From Mobula hypostoma (lineage: Eukaryota), in assembly GCF_963921235.1 (NCBI RefSeq), contig NC_086108.1, forward strand, positions 29,266,001 to 29,330,000: a stretch of DNA of 64,000 bases, in the 5' to 3' direction. Numbering within the stretch: position 1 is the first letter of the stretch; the number at the start of each line of letters is the position of its first letter. The notes beneath the pieces are model-generated. The model was not told the DNA's origin. It made no database searches and worked only from the letters and a program-made list of their open reading frames with translations. Position numbers and translations under genes: made by a program. Positions 49,776-63,629 of this stretch are shown here, one piece after another.

Positions 49776-50654
49776 TATATTGCAAGGCACTTCGCAGAAG
49801 CATGAATTAAGAAATGAGTTAAGGCACCAGTTCGGGCCTCTAGAAGTGCTGTTCATTTTGTATGCAGTTCATTCTGTATGAACATGATTTCCTGTATGTA
49901 AGCTGATTTTTCCTGCACAGATTAATTTGAATTTCATTTTGAAGCACACAGTGGAAAGATATCCATCTCAATCTCCCCTTTATTTGCCTGTGAAACAACA
50001 GAATCTTTTCACCAGTAAGATCTCATTAAAAAAACCTGAAGGAAGCTTCAAGCTCAAATGATTTTTGAGAAGGTGTTTAACTCACTGCATAGCTCTGTAT
50101 ATCCGCACTGCAAGGGCAGTAGAGGACCTATGGAGAGGTAAGGACAGTGACTGAGGTTTCAAAGAACATTTTATAAGAGGGAAACAAAATGGCTAACCAG
50201 ACACATTTAGGGAGGGAAATGCAATGCCTTTCCTTTTGACAGCTGAAAACATGGCTGCCAAAGTCTAGTAATTAAATTCAGGGCTATGTGAGAGTGTGGA
50301 ACCTCAGGATCACAAACAGCTGTTAGGGTTACAGGTTTGAAGGAAATTATAGAGGTACTGATGGGTGAGATCTTAGATTGGGAAAGTAATCTAGAGGTAA
50401 CAAAGGCAGGAAAGACTATTTCAGTGCTGATCCAGGGTCAGATTCGTCGAATATTATGGAGGTTGAATTAGACAATTGCAAGGAGGGCCGGGAAATGAAG
50501 TGTGAAATTCGACTTAGCTGGAAATAATTAACCAAGAATTTGAATACTGTTGTTCTGTTTCAGAAACTTCCAAGGGAGAAGCATAGGGTCTATGGGTAGG
50601 GAATAGAGTTCGTGATGGAAACTGAATTTTTCATTGTAGTTAATTAATTTATTC

Positions 50655-50790
50655 AGAGATGGCAGTTAGTAGGTTAATTGTTCATTGTAAATTGTCCTGT
50701 GATTAGGCTAGGGTTAAATAGGTGGGTTGCTGAATTGCACAACTTGTTGAGCCAAAAGGGCTTGTTAGGCATTGTATCTGTAAATAAAAA
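50655..50790 (+). mobile_element. SINE 3' portion
   Basis: taggttaattgttcattgtaaattgtcc...tgtatctgtaaataaa is homologous to the reverse of ~25410-25550. Confidence 0.55.
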
Positions 50791-51319
50791 CTAAAACAAA
50801 ATAATTGCCGGAAATTTAAACACATCCAGTTCAGAGTAAACAGTATGATAATGTAGGGATAGTGAAGCAGTCAAGAGAGGTTGTGTTGAGTTAGAAATGA
50901 TTGTCATGTAAGGCAGGAAATTGATGCCATGTTTTTAAGTTGCTAAGGGTCATTACTCAGACAAGGAAGAGGAGAAATCAAGGACTGATCCTTGGGGGCT
51001 CCAGATTTATTCATAATTAACGATTAAGATGCTCCTGGAAACTGTTGCTGTTTATACAATGGAACCATTAGCAAATGAAGTCTGCAAGATAAGCTAGCAG
51101 GGATCAAGGACATGATTACTTCTGTAATGAAAGTGAGATAAACAAAACTATCTGCTTGTATCAGGCTGCTTTGATTTCCCTTAAATTACTTCAAGATGCA
51201 GTTGCCAACAGTAGTTGTACATATTCCGGGTGATTTCATCAAAATTGTTCCCTTCTCCATTGATCTTGGATGATCAGACATTCGGTGTTCCATTTCCTTT
51301 ATTTTTCAATTCTAAATCA

Positions 51320-51898
51320 GAAACGTCACTCCACTCTTTAAGAGGGAAGGGAAGGAAATGACAGGAAATTATTACCCAGTTAGCCTTACTTCAGTGGTTG
51401 GTTAAATCTTAAAAGTCTTTCAAGGATAGGGTTTTCAGCTATTGGAAGCACGTGAGACAAAAAGGCTGAAGTCAGCATGATTTCCTTAAAGGAAAATCTT
51501 GCCTGACAAACCTAATGGAATTCTTAGAGGAAGTAACAAGCAGGATAGGCAGTGGATGTTGTTTATTTGGATCTTCAGAAGATCTTTGACATAGTATTGG
51601 ACATGAGACTGCTAGACAAGATAGAAGCCTGTGTATTTATATGCAAGGTACACACATGGATAGAAGACTCGATAATAATTGCTTCTTTCTTTCTTTCTTT
51701 ATTTATTTATTTATTTCTGTATTTGCACAATTTCTTGTCTTTTGCACACTGGTTGAATGCCCAGGTTGGTGCAGTCTTCTACGGATTCTGTTATGTTATT
51801 ATTCTATGTATTTATTGAGTGTGCCTGCAGGAAAATGAAGCTCAGATTGTATATAGTTATGTACTTTGATCATAAGTTTACTTTGAACTTTGAACTTT
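51320..51898 (+). mobile_element. Old CR1 RT fragment (~51320-51665) followed by a Rex1 3' tail (~51670-51898)
   Basis: GNYYPVSLTSVVG, KSCLTNLMEF and DVVYLDLQK motifs; tail tactttgaactttgaacttt. Confidence 0.7.
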
Positions 51899-51961
51899 AA
51901 AGGAAATGAAATAGAAATGCTCCATTTAATGTAACAAACACACACACTCAAGATGTTCTGG

Positions 51962-52640
51962 AGTTTAGATTTTTGGATTTTAGATTTTAGATTTTAGATT
52001 ATGAGGACACGCAGTCCTCTTTTATTGTCATTTAGTAATGCATGCATTAAGAAATGATACAATGTTCCTCCAGAAAGATATCACAGAAACACAAGACAAA
52101 CCAAGACTTAAAAATACTGACAAAAACCACATAATTATAACATATAGTTACAACAGTGCAAAGCAATACCGTAATTTGATGAAGAACAGACCATGGGCAC
52201 AGTAAAAAAAAGTCTCAAAGTCTCTCGAAAATCCCAACATCTCACGCAGACGGTAGAAGGAAGAGAAGCTCTCTCCCTGCCATGAACCTCCAGCGCCTCA
52301 AACTTGCCGATGCAGCACCCTGGAAGCACCCGACCACAGCCGACTCTTGAGTCCGTCCAAAAACTTCGAGCCTCCGACCAGCCCTCTGACACCGAGTACC
52401 AAGCACCATTTCTGCCAAGCGCTTCAACCCCGGCCCCAGCAACAGGTAATAGGCAAAGCCAAGGATTCGGGGCCTTCCCCTCCGGAGATTCTCGATCGCA
52501 CAGTAGCAGCGGCAGTGAAGCAGGCATTTCAGAAGTTTCTCCAGATGTTCCTCTGTGCTTCTCACAGCTGTCTCCATCAAATCCGGATTGTTCATGGCCC
52601 CTATTTACAAATACGATATTATTTCGGAGCAGCTGAATGT
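51962..52640 (-). mobile_element. Non-coding retroposon or LINE 3' region with an (AATCTAA)n tail
   Basis: Tandem ttttaga repeats, an AATAAA on the minus strand and a CpG-retaining body. No recognisable ORF. Confidence 0.5.
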
Positions 52641-52774
52641 TTAATCTGTTTTCTTAAGATTTCAAGGCTAGCCTAGAGACCAAAAGAAGATATCTGGAAA
52701 GATGCACAAAAGCTTGCTCATATGATTAGATTTTAAGAAGTGTCTTAAAGGAGGAAAGATTTGGTTCTCTTTCA

Positions 52775-53615
52775 GCTTCGCCCGCTTTCTCCATAACCAA
52801 GGTGTAGCCACGGGCACCCACCTGAGCCCCAGCTATGCCTGCCTTTCCGCTGGCTACGAGGGAAAGTCCCTCCAGGTGAAGAATATCTTTACCTGCGAAT
52901 CTGTTGAGGTTGTCTACTGTATCCAATGCAGCCAAAGTGGCTTCCTCTATACTGGTGAGACTCAATGTAGTTTGAGGAATCGCTTTGTTGCACAGCTTCA
53001 CTCCATCCGCAAAAAGCTGGATTTCCCAGTGGCCAACCATTTTAATTCTAATCCTGATTTCCATTATGACATTTTGTTCCATGGCCTCCTCTACTGCCAG
53101 AATAAAGCCACTCTCAGGTTGGAGGAGCAACACTCCATATTCCATCTGGGTAGCTTCCAACTAATAGCATGAATATTTATTTCTCTCACTTTTGTTAATT
53201 TTTCCCCTCCCCTTCTCTCCGTCCATTCTCCAGTCTGACTCCCCACTACCTCTTCTCTTCTCCTTATCTGCCTATCCCAACCCCTGTGCCCCTCCTCCCT
53301 CACTTTCTCTCAATGACCCACTCTCCCCTCATATCAGACTTGTTCTTGTTCAGTCCTTTACCTGTTCCACCTGTTACTTCCCAACTTCTTATTATACCCC
53401 TCTCCAGTACCCACTTGGCTTCACCTGTCACCTTTTAGTTTGTATTCCTTCCCCTCCGCCCCCCCCCCCCCCCATTCTGGCTTCCGCCCCTCCTCCTTCT
53501 GAGTCCTGAATTTCGACTGTTTATTCATTTCCACAGATGCTGCTGGCCTGCTGAGTTCCTCCAGCATTTTGAGTGTGTTACTCTGGATTTCCAGCTTCTA
53601 CAGAATCTCTTGAAT
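52775..53615 (+). mobile_element. Internally deleted Penelope element
   Basis: RT-like GVATGTHLSPSYACL is joined to GIY-YIG (VVYCIQCSQSGFLYTGET...RLEEQHSIFHLG), followed by the UTR and terminus. Confidence 0.8.
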
Positions 53616-53762
53616 TTATCCTTTGGTCCTCCAAGTCTGCACTGACAATCAAGCACATATTTATACCAATCATACACTATGACCACACAAATTAAAAGGC
53701 CAAGTAAAATTTTAAATGATGATGGGAACACTCCGCAGGTCTGTGGAAAGAATAACAAAATT

Positions 53763-53894
53763 CCTAACGAAGGGTCTTGGCCTGTAATGTCCACTATCTA
53801 TTAACTTTCATAGATGCTGCCTGACCTGCTGAGTTCCTTCAGCATTTTGTGTGTGTTGCTTTGGATTTCCAGCATCTGCAGACTTTCTTGTGTT
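53763..53894 (+). mobile_element. 132-bp Penelope terminus with a degenerate hammerhead
   Basis: 10-bp TSD TAACAAAATT at 53753-53762 and 53895-53904. Confidence 0.75.
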
Positions 53895-54769
53895 TAACAA
53901 AATTAATGTTTCTGGTTGAAGATCGTTTATCTGTGGGTGAGTTAGTGGGTGAGTGAGGCAAATCTCTTCTATCACTCAGTGTTATTAAACAAACTTGCTT
54001 GAACTATTGCGTTCAGTTTAGGGGGAAATTTAATTTTACCTTTATCAGGAATTAAACCATGGTAAATAGTGATAATATTTAAAAGCAACCTCAAATGCAT
54101 TAAATGCCTAAGATTGGCATATTCTGTCAGTATGCCTCCAGCAGGCTTGGAGATTACTCTCTGATCCTTGGCTAATCCTGCAAGGTGGCAAACCTACTTT
54201 TTCTAGACTTTCAAATTCCAGGCTTATGAATTAAATACCAGACTGCTTTTTGACTGTGAGGGTTTAGCAAAGAATTTCTCCTCCCTTGAGTCTTACTCCT
54301 TATTTAGGCCTGTAAGTGAAAGATTGGGCTGTATCTTACACAATGTCAACATGTCAAAACTGACTCTGGCTAAAACTGAATAGCTATCATGCCTGAAGGC
54401 AAGGCATAACATCAAATCATTTGTCTTTGTCCTTCAATTCATCACTATTGCCAAAAACTGTCTATATAATAGATCTTTTTCTAAAGACCGCAGATGTAAA
54501 CAGTTTGCTGAATAAATATTTCCCAAGCATTCTTAGCCAGTCAAAAATGTATTGCATGAAAATTAAAATAAACAGGCCAGTGCCTTTCATAAAACAACAG
54601 TTGAAATGGCATAAGTTGACACATATCCTGATATTTCAGACAAGAGAAATCTACTTTTAGCATCTTTAACAAACTCACTTGTTAAAATATCTGACATTTG
54701 AAGGTTAGCAACTTTGCAGAGACCTGTGAGTTTATCAGTCCAATATATCAGGTTAAGATTAAGATTAAG

Positions 54770-55110
54770 GCATTATCCATAATCATTTAAAATGCTGTAT
54801 TAATTTTAGAAGCAAAGTTTGGTGCTGCTGTCTCCTGGGATCCTCTGGTCCACAACCGTTGAAAGTGAAGAGGGAAAACTTGGGATAATATTGAGAATCT
54901 CAGATTCATGCATTAGGAAAACGTAAAACCCTGCATAAGTGTTGGAAGGAGAGCACTCATGTCACAAACTACCCACCTGCTCACACCATCAGCCAGCTCT
55001 CGCCAAATTTGTGGAAGAGTCCCACATTGGCCTCATCAGCCACCTCAGAATACGCAAAACTGGAATGGAAGTGAGTCACATTCAGATGTGAAGGATTGCT
55101 TAGGAAGGAG
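54770..55110 (+). mobile_element. Old RTE-clade LINE 3' fragment
   Basis: ICGR...SHIGLISHLR zinc-finger-like C-terminus typical of RTE/BovB-like elements. Confidence 0.55.
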
Positions 55111-55399
55111 AAAAAGATGATTGTTTCACTGCTTCAGAATATCCCAAGGACATTAAGGCCATCATTTTTTTGTACTGTGAGAAGAAATTCTTTACAGTGT
55201 ACTTTTCAACTACAAGAAGGGAGCATTGGGATGCTTGAGTAAAACTGTTTGAGACCAATATAAAGTGACAAAAATTCTTGACCATAGACGTGTCCAAAAA
55301 AGTGGTTGAAACATATATTCAAAATGAAAAAGTATAGAGAAACTAAGAATAAATACACCTGAATCATTTCTTCCTGTTTATAACCTACAAGTAGGTGAA

Positions 55400-55740
55400 A
55401 AGTCATAAAATCATAAGTAATAAAACTTGGAAACCAGCCCTTCAATCCAAGTTGCCCATGCCAACCATTATGCCTGCCTAAGCTAATCCTATTTGGCTGC
55501 ATTTGGCCTGTAGTCTAAGCCTTTCTCATTCATGTACTTAACCAAATCTCTTAAATGTTGTTATTATACCTGTCTCAGCCACTTCCCCTGGCAGCAGATT
55601 CCGTGTGAAAAAGTTGCCCCTCAGGTCCTTTGTAAAAGTATTTTTCTTCATACCTTAAACTTATGCCCTCTAGTTTCTGATTCCCTCTCCCTGGAAAATA
55701 GATTACGTGCACGCACTTTATTTGTGCCTCTCATGATTGT
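55400..55740 (-). mobile_element. Old CR1 3' fragment
   Basis: Resembles the CR1 3' end at 57516-57870. Confidence 0.6.
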
Positions 55741-56485
55741 TCACTGTGTGGACTAACTAAATAAGAGAGAACGTTGTTAAACTACAACACACTCTGACAA
55801 GAGTAATGCCCAGTTTGAAATATTGAAATACAATTTTAAGCCTGGTCTCTGGTAGGTAAAGAGTGAAATGACAGAAATTGAGGCTTTTGAAAACAATTGC
55901 TCTTTCGTGTAGACAGCTATGTATGAGGGATAGAAAAAGAATGCAGGGAAGCAAATGGTTTTTGGTGGAAGGTGTTATTGGATATGAAATCATGCCATGG
56001 TGTTGAAAGATCTTGGACCCAAAAAGTCTGGGCTTCTAGTGACTGTAGAAAAAGTACCTGATGACTTTGGATAGAAACTATCACTTGCATTCCCTGAGGG
56101 ATCAAATTCAATACAATTTCACACATTAAAGGACTCACTCAACTGTATATTGTACATTGTGACATGTTAAGTATTCACTTCACTGTCTACTGATCTTGTG
56201 CCACCACATTTTCACCACACCACATGATATAATTCATGGATTTCTTGATAAAGGATGGTGTTTGATGTTTTTACTCCTGCCTTGGACACAATATGGAACA
56301 ACCGGTGTGCAGATGAATCTCGAGCTGTATTGAACCATTTCTGTGAGATTGTGGATCACAGGATGTTTACAGCTCAGAAGGAAACAATGTATATAAGAGC
56401 TATCTAAACAGTTTGACTAGCCTGTTCTCTTTCTATGGCTGTGCATTTAAAAAAAATTCTCATGAAGGTTATAATTGACTGCCTC

Positions 56486-56827
56486 CAATTTTCCCCCTAA
56501 GGTGTGCGCATGAGCACACACACGTATCTTTTGCAACTAGTGCACAAAGGAATTTAAATTGCGCACAAAATGTTATCACCCTATACCTTGTTGGCATGTT
56601 AAGTATATTTTACAATCGTACACAGTCACTTTTCCTTTTCTGATTTCTGATGTGGACAGTGTTGGGAACGTGGAGTTTACGATCACTTGTCTGCAGATTT
56701 TAGAACTGACTTATTGTTTTTAATGAGGACATTAATCAGTGCGCACATACTGTCGTCACTGGGCAAAAAAATTGCACAGAACAAGATTTTTGCACACTCT
56801 GGCCATTACAAATTAGAAGGAATGTTT
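56486..56827. mobile_element. Possible MITE with degenerate TIRs
   Basis: caattttccccctaa ... ttagaaggaatgtt. No TSD found. Confidence 0.4.
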
Positions 56828-57515
56828 CTCTGGAAGTGTGTTTCTGATCCTAAACATTCTGGGTAAATAAAAAAACCTCCACTTTAGTTTTGACTCTCTT
56901 GCAAAACACCATCATTCTACATCCCTTCATTCTTAACATCTTTGCTTATTTCAACAGCTTTGCTCTATCTATACCTTTCCTTATGTTAAATAGCTCTGCC
57001 AAGATCCCCTCATGACCTCCTTCTTTAAAGAGAAACAGTCTTTCCAGTCATTCCAAAGAAGTGGAAGTCCCACCTCCCTAACAAGCTTTCAGTAAACAAC
57101 TTCTGCTCCTTCTCTGAAGCAATCTTGCACGCAGAGGTATGGCATGCAGATTGAGCATAATTCTCCAAATGTACCCAAACCAGATCTTTATATCTCTTTG
57201 GGGAAGAAAGTAAGCATATTATGAATGTTATGAGATGATTATTTTCATTTCTTTTTCATGCCAATATCCCGGAAAATGGATTTTGTATCTTCTTCTTCTT
57301 AGGCCCTTAGCTCCCAGTGGAGCATAGGCCATTGGTGTCCTCCTGTCTCCATCGTCCAAAGTCAATCACCCCTCACAATGGGATGTAGGGTCAGACTTTG
57401 AGAGGCAGATTTTATATCAGCTGCTCCAATATCTCAAGCTTCAGCAAATAACGTATGGAGATAAATGTTATATGATACAGCACAACTGGGAAACACATAA
57501 TGAAATATAGTATGA

Positions 57516-60367
57516 ATAGAAACCATAGAAAAACTACAGCACAGAAACTGGACTTTTGGCCCTTCTTGGATGTGCCGAACCATTTTCTCCCTAGTCCCAC
57601 TGACCTGCACACGGACCATATCCCTCCATACACCTCCCATCCATGTATCTGTCCAATTTATTCTTAAATGTTAAAAAAGAACCTGCATTTACCACCTCGT
57701 TTGGCAGCTCATTCCATACTCTCTGTGTGAAGAAGCTCCCCCTAATGTTCCCTTTAAACTTTTCCCCCATCACCTTTGACCCATGTCCTCTGGGTTTATT
57801 CTCCCCTTGCCTCAGTGGAAAAAGCCTGCTTGCATTCAGTCTGTCTATACCCATCATAATTTTATATACCTCTATCAAATCTCCCCTCATTCTTCTACGC
57901 TTCAGGGAATAAAGTCCTAACCTATTCAACCTTTCTCTGTAACTGAGTTTCTCAAGTCCCGGCAACATCCTTGTAAACCTTCTCTGCACTCTTTCAACCT
58001 TATTTATATCTTTCCTGTAATTTGGTGACCAAAACTGAACTCAATACTCCAGATTCGGTCTCACCGATGCCTTATACAACCTCATCATAACATTCCAGCT
58101 CTTATACTCAATACTTTGATTAATAAAGGCCAATGTACCAAAAGCTCTCTTTACGACACTATCTACCTGTGACGCCACTTTTAGGGAATTTTGTATCTGT
58201 ATTCCCAGATCCCTCCGTTCTACTGCACTCCTCAGTGCCTTACCATTAACCCTGTATGTTCTACCTTGGTTTGTCCTTCCAATGTGCAATACCTCACACT
58301 TGTCTGTATTAAACTCCATCTGCCATTTTTCAGTCCATTTTTCCAGCTGGTCCAAGTTCCTCTGAGGCTCTGAAAACCTTCCTCACTGTCTACTACACCT
58401 CCAATCTTTGTATCATCAGCAAATTTGCTGATCCAATTTACTACATTATCATCCAGATCATTGATATGGATGACAAATAACAATGGACCCGGCACCGATC
58501 CCTGTGGCACACCACTAGTCACAGGCCTCCACTTGGAGAAGCAATTCTCTACTACCACTCTTTGGTTTCTTCCATTGAGCCAATGTCTAATCCAATTTAC
58601 CACCTCTCCATGTATACTGAGCGACTGAATTTTCCTAACTAATCTCCTATGTGGGACCTTGTCAAAGGCCTTACTGAAGTCCATGTAGACAATATCCACT
58701 GCCTTCCCTTCATCCACTTTCCTGGTAACCTCCTCGAAAAACTCCAATAGGTCAAACATGACCTACCACACACAAAGCCATGTTGACTCTCCCTAATAAA
58801 TCCCTGTTTATCCAAATGCTTGTAGATTCTGTCTCTTAGTACTCCCTCCAATAACTTACCTACTACCAACGTTAAACCTACTGGCCTATAATTTCCCGGA
58901 TTACTTTTCGATCTTTTTTTAAACAACGAAACAACATGAGCAATCCTCCGGCACCTCACCTGTAGACAGCGACATTTTAAATATTTCTGCCAAGGCCCCT
59001 GCAATTTCAACACTAGTCTCCTTCAAGGTCCAAGGGAACACCCTGTCAGGTCCCGGGGATTTATCCACTTTAATCTTCCTCAAGACAGCAAGCACCTCCT
59101 CCTTTTTAATCTGTACAGTTTCCATGATCTCACTACTTGTTTCCCTTAATTCCATAGACTTCATGCCAGTTTCCTTAGTAAATACAGACGCAAAAAACCT
59201 ATTTAAGATCTCCCCCATTTCCTTTGGTTCCGCATATAGCTGACGACACTGATCTTCAAGAGGACCAATTTTATCCCTTACAATCCTTTTGCTCTTTGGA
59301 TTATCCTTCACTTCGACTGCCAAGGCAACCTCATGTCTTCTTTTAGCCCTCCTAATTTCTTTCTTAAGTATTTTCTTGCACTTCTTATACTCTTCAAGCA
59401 CGTTATTTACTCCCTGCTTCCTATACATGTCATATAACTCCCTCTTCTTCTTTATCAGAGTCGCAATATCTCTTGAGAACCAAGGTTCCTTATTCCTATT
59501 CACTTTGCCTTTAATCCTGACAGGAACATACAAACTCTGCACTCTCAAAATTTCTCCTTTGAAGGCTTCCCACCTACCAATCACATCTTTGCCAGAGAAC
59601 AACCTGTCCCAATCCACGCTTTTTAGATCCTTTCTCATTTCTTCAAATTTGGCCTTCTTCCAGTTCAGAACCTCAACCCTAGGACCAGATCTATCCTTGT
59701 CCATGATCAAGTTGAAACTAATGGTGTTATGATCACTGGAGCCAAAGTGCTCCCCTACACAGACTTCCGTCACTTGTCCTAACTCGTTTCCTAACAGGAG
59801 ATCCAATATTACATCCCCTCCAGTTGGTCCCTCTATATATTGATTTAGAAAACTTTCCTGAACACATTTTACAAACTCTAAACCATCTAGACCCCTAACG
59901 GTATGGGAGTCCCAATCAATATATGGAAAATTAAAATCCCCTACCACCACAACTTTATGTTTCCTGCAGTTGCCTGCTATCTCTCTGCAGATTTGCTCCT
60001 CCAATTCTCGTTGACTATTGGGTGGTCTGTAATACAATCCCACTAATGTGGCCATACCTTTCCTGTTTCTCAGCTCCACCCATAAGGACTCAGTAGACAA
60101 TCCCTCTAATCTGTCCTGCCTGAGCACTGCTGTAATATTTTCCCTAACAAACAATGCTACTCCCCCACCTTTCATTCCTCTGCCTCGATCACATCTGAAA
60201 CATCGGAACCCTGGAATATTTAGCTGCCAGTCCTGCCCCTCCTTTAGCTAAGTTTCACTAATTGCTATCACGTCATAATTCCACGTGTCAATCCACGCCC
60301 TCAACTCATCTGCCCTCCCCGCAATACTCCTAGCATTGAAATATATACACTTCAGAAGATTTTTACC
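57516..60367 (-). mobile_element. CR1 covering nearly all of ORF2 (third family), with frameshifts and deletions
   Basis: CIYFNARS start, [22 protein letters not shown] and RRMRGDL motifs; atagaaaccatag tail. Confidence 0.93.
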
Positions 60368-60644
60368 TCAGAATATGTTTTAAAAATTTTCAGGTGGATC
60401 TAAATGTAATTTACAAACTTTAGAGACTGCCTCATAAATAAGTACAGAATGAAACTATTTTCCCATGGACAATAATGAGTTGCTATGATTTGCAGTCTTT
60501 GTATAGTATAACTATCAAAAGGCTTTATTTGAATTCAGTTGGAAAAGAGGATTAAAGATGACCTTGTTCAGCCAGTATGTGGGTTCGAACTGAGGCTACT
60601 GACAGGTTTGAAAAACACTTGGCAAATAACCAACCGAGGAAACA

Positions 60645-61570
60645 GAATCGGAATCAGGTTTCTTATCACTGACATATGACATGAAATTTGCCATTTTGCA
60701 GCAGCAGTACAATGCACGGCATAAAAATTACTACATTACAAATATAAATAAATAGCACAAAAGAAGAATGAAGTCGTGTTCATAGACCACTCAGCAATCT
60801 GACGGTGGAGGGGAAGAAGCTGTTCTCAAAACACTTGAGTATGAGTCTTCAGGCTCCTGTATCTCATCCCTGATGGCAGTGCCTCAGATGGTGAGGATCT
60901 TTAATGATGAATGCTACCCTCTTGAGGTACATCTCTTGAAGATGTCATCAACATGAGTGTTGTGCTCGTGAGGGGATTGGCTGAGCCTACAACACGTGGT
61001 ATTGGAATTAGTATTGGTTTATTGTCAAATGTTCAACGATACATTGAAAAGATTGTCTTGCATACTGTTCATACAGATCAAATCATTAAACAGTGCATTG
61101 AGCTAGAATAAGGAAAAACATTAATAATGCAGAATAAAGTGTAAAACTATCAAAAAGTGCAGTACAAATAAATGATAAAAATCATAATAAAGTGGATTGT
61201 GAGGTCAAAAATCCATCTTATTGTACAACAGGTCTGTTCAAGAATCTGATAATAGTGGGATAGAAGATCTCCTTGGACCTGGTGGTGTGTCCTTTCAGGA
61301 TTTTCTATCTTCTCCCTGATGGGAGAATTGAGAAGAGAGAATGTCTGGGGTGAGCAGAGTCTTTGATTATGCTGGCTGCTTTACTGAGGCGGTGATAAGT
61401 ATAGAAAAAGTCCACAGAGGGGAGGGTAGCTCCTGTGATATGCTGGGCAATTTCTTGCAGTCATGTGTGGAGCAATTGCCATACCAAGCCAAATGCATCC
61501 AGACAGAATGCTTTCTATGGCGCATTGATAAAGATTGGTAAAGGTCGATGAGGACATGCCAAACTTATTT
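60645..61570 (-). mobile_element. Two adjacent Rex1/Babar 3' fragments (~60645-60995 and ~61003-61570)
   Basis: Two different 3' tails; TFTNLYQCAIESILSGCI. Confidence 0.7.
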
Positions 61571-61629
61571 CTGTAGCCTCTACAGTCTCTTGTGATGCTA
61601 TCCATTGGAGTCTCCATTTCAGGCTGTGA

Positions 61630-63620
61630 TGTAAGGATGCTCAACAGTTATGGCAGGGCTTCACTACTATCACCTCACATACAGTTAAATCAAGTAACAT
61701 AGGTAACAAAAGAGCTTCACTACCAGATGAGATCAATGCCTTCTATGTTCACTTTGACCATCAAAACATGGGGGAACCACCATGAACTCCCACAGCTACG
61801 ATGATCCTATGATTTCAGTCTCCGAAACAGATGTGTAAACAGCCTGCAGGAGGGTGAATCCTTGAAAAGCATCTGACCCAGGCAGGTATCTGGCCAAGTA
61901 CTAAAGACTTGTGCTGATCAACTGGCTGAAGTATTCAATATCTTTAATCTCTTGATTCAGCAGTCAGAGGTACACACCTGCTTGAAGCAGGCTTCAATTA
62001 TACCGGTGCCTAAGAAAAACAGGGTAACCTACTTCAATTACTATCATCCAATAGCACTTACATCAACTATGATGAACTGTTTTGAGAAGTTGGTGATGAA
62101 ATATATCAATTCCTGCCTATGAAGTGACTTGGTTCCAATCCAATTTGCCTACTGGAGCAACAGGTCCACAACAGGTGCCATCTCATTGGCTCTTCATTCA
62201 ACCCTGGAACATCTGGACAATAAAGATGCATATATCAGAATGCTCTTTATCGACTACAGCTCAGCACTTAATACCATCATCCCTTTAATACTAATCAATA
62301 AGCATCAAGAGTTTGCCTCAATACCTCCTTGTGGAATTGGACCCTCAATTTTCCCATTTGCAGACCCCAGACATTTAGGATTGGCGACAACATCCCTCCA
62401 CGATCTTCATCAGCACGGGTGCACCATAAGACTGTGGGCTTAGCCCCCAGCTCTACTCGGTTTACATCTATGACTGTGTAGTTAAGCACAGTCCAATGCC
62501 ATATTTAGGTTTGCTGATGGCAGCACTATCGTAGCTAAAGCAAAGGTGGCAATGAATCAGCATACAGGAGGGAGAATGAAAAGCTGGCAGAGTGGCCCCA
62601 TAACAAAAACCTCTTTGTCAATGTCTACAAGATCAAGGAGCTGACTATTGACTTCAGGAGGAGGAAATCAGAGGTGGATGAGCCTGTCTTCATCAGGGCA
62701 TCAGAGGCGGAGAGGGCCAGCAACTTTAAATTCCTTGGCATTATTATTTCAGAGGACTTGCCCTGGGCCCAGCACCTCTACTTCCTTAGGAGTTTGTGAA
62801 GATTTGGCATTACATGTAAAACTTTGACAAATGTCTATAGATGTGTAGTGAAGAATATATTGACCAACTGTGTCACAACCTGGTACAGAAACACCAATGC
62901 CCTTGAATGGAAAATCCTACAAAGAGTAGTGGATACAGCCTAGTCCATCATGAGTAAAGACTTCCTCACCATCGAGCACATCTACATGAAGCATTATCAC
63001 AGGAAAGCAGCGTCCATCATCAGCGACCTCTATCACCCAGGACATGTTCTTTTCTCATTACTGCCATCAGGAAGAAGGTACAGGAGACTCAGGACTCACA
63101 GAGGCTCAGGAACTGTTATTACCCCTCAGCCATTAGGCACTTGAGTCAAAGGAAATAACCACTCAGTTTCACTTGTCCCATCATTAAAATGTTCCCACAA
63201 CCTATGGACTCACTTTCAAGGACTCTTCATCTCATGTTCTTGATATTTATTGCTTATTAATTTATTATTATTATTTCATGCCTGAAGAATGTTGGGAAAC
63301 AGGCGGTCAGTGAACTCCAGGAGCAGGAACTCATCCACCATGAAAAACCACAGTTTTGCATGCTTTTGCAGATCAGGGACCTCAATAGAACTCCAGCCAC
63401 CTTGCAAAGGGAAAAAAAGAGACATTAAAGACGGGAGTTTAAGCTGATTCCAGAGATGAGCTTGAAGAGGCAGCCACTTGCGTTATCTTAATTCCGCCTA
63501 TCTTAACTTCTATTTTGGATTTTCTGAGTATGCCCGCAAGAATATTAATCTCAGGGTTGTATATGGTGGCATGAATATACTTAGATAGTAAATTATCTTT
63601 GAACTTTTCAACTTTGAACC
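61630..63620 (+). mobile_element. Degraded Rex1/Babar LINE (RT to 3' tail)
   Basis: [10 protein letters not shown]...[18 protein letters not shown] and HPGHVLFSLLPSGRRYR; tail ctttgaacttttcaactttgaa. Confidence 0.88.
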
Positions 63621-63629
63621 ATTAAAAAT

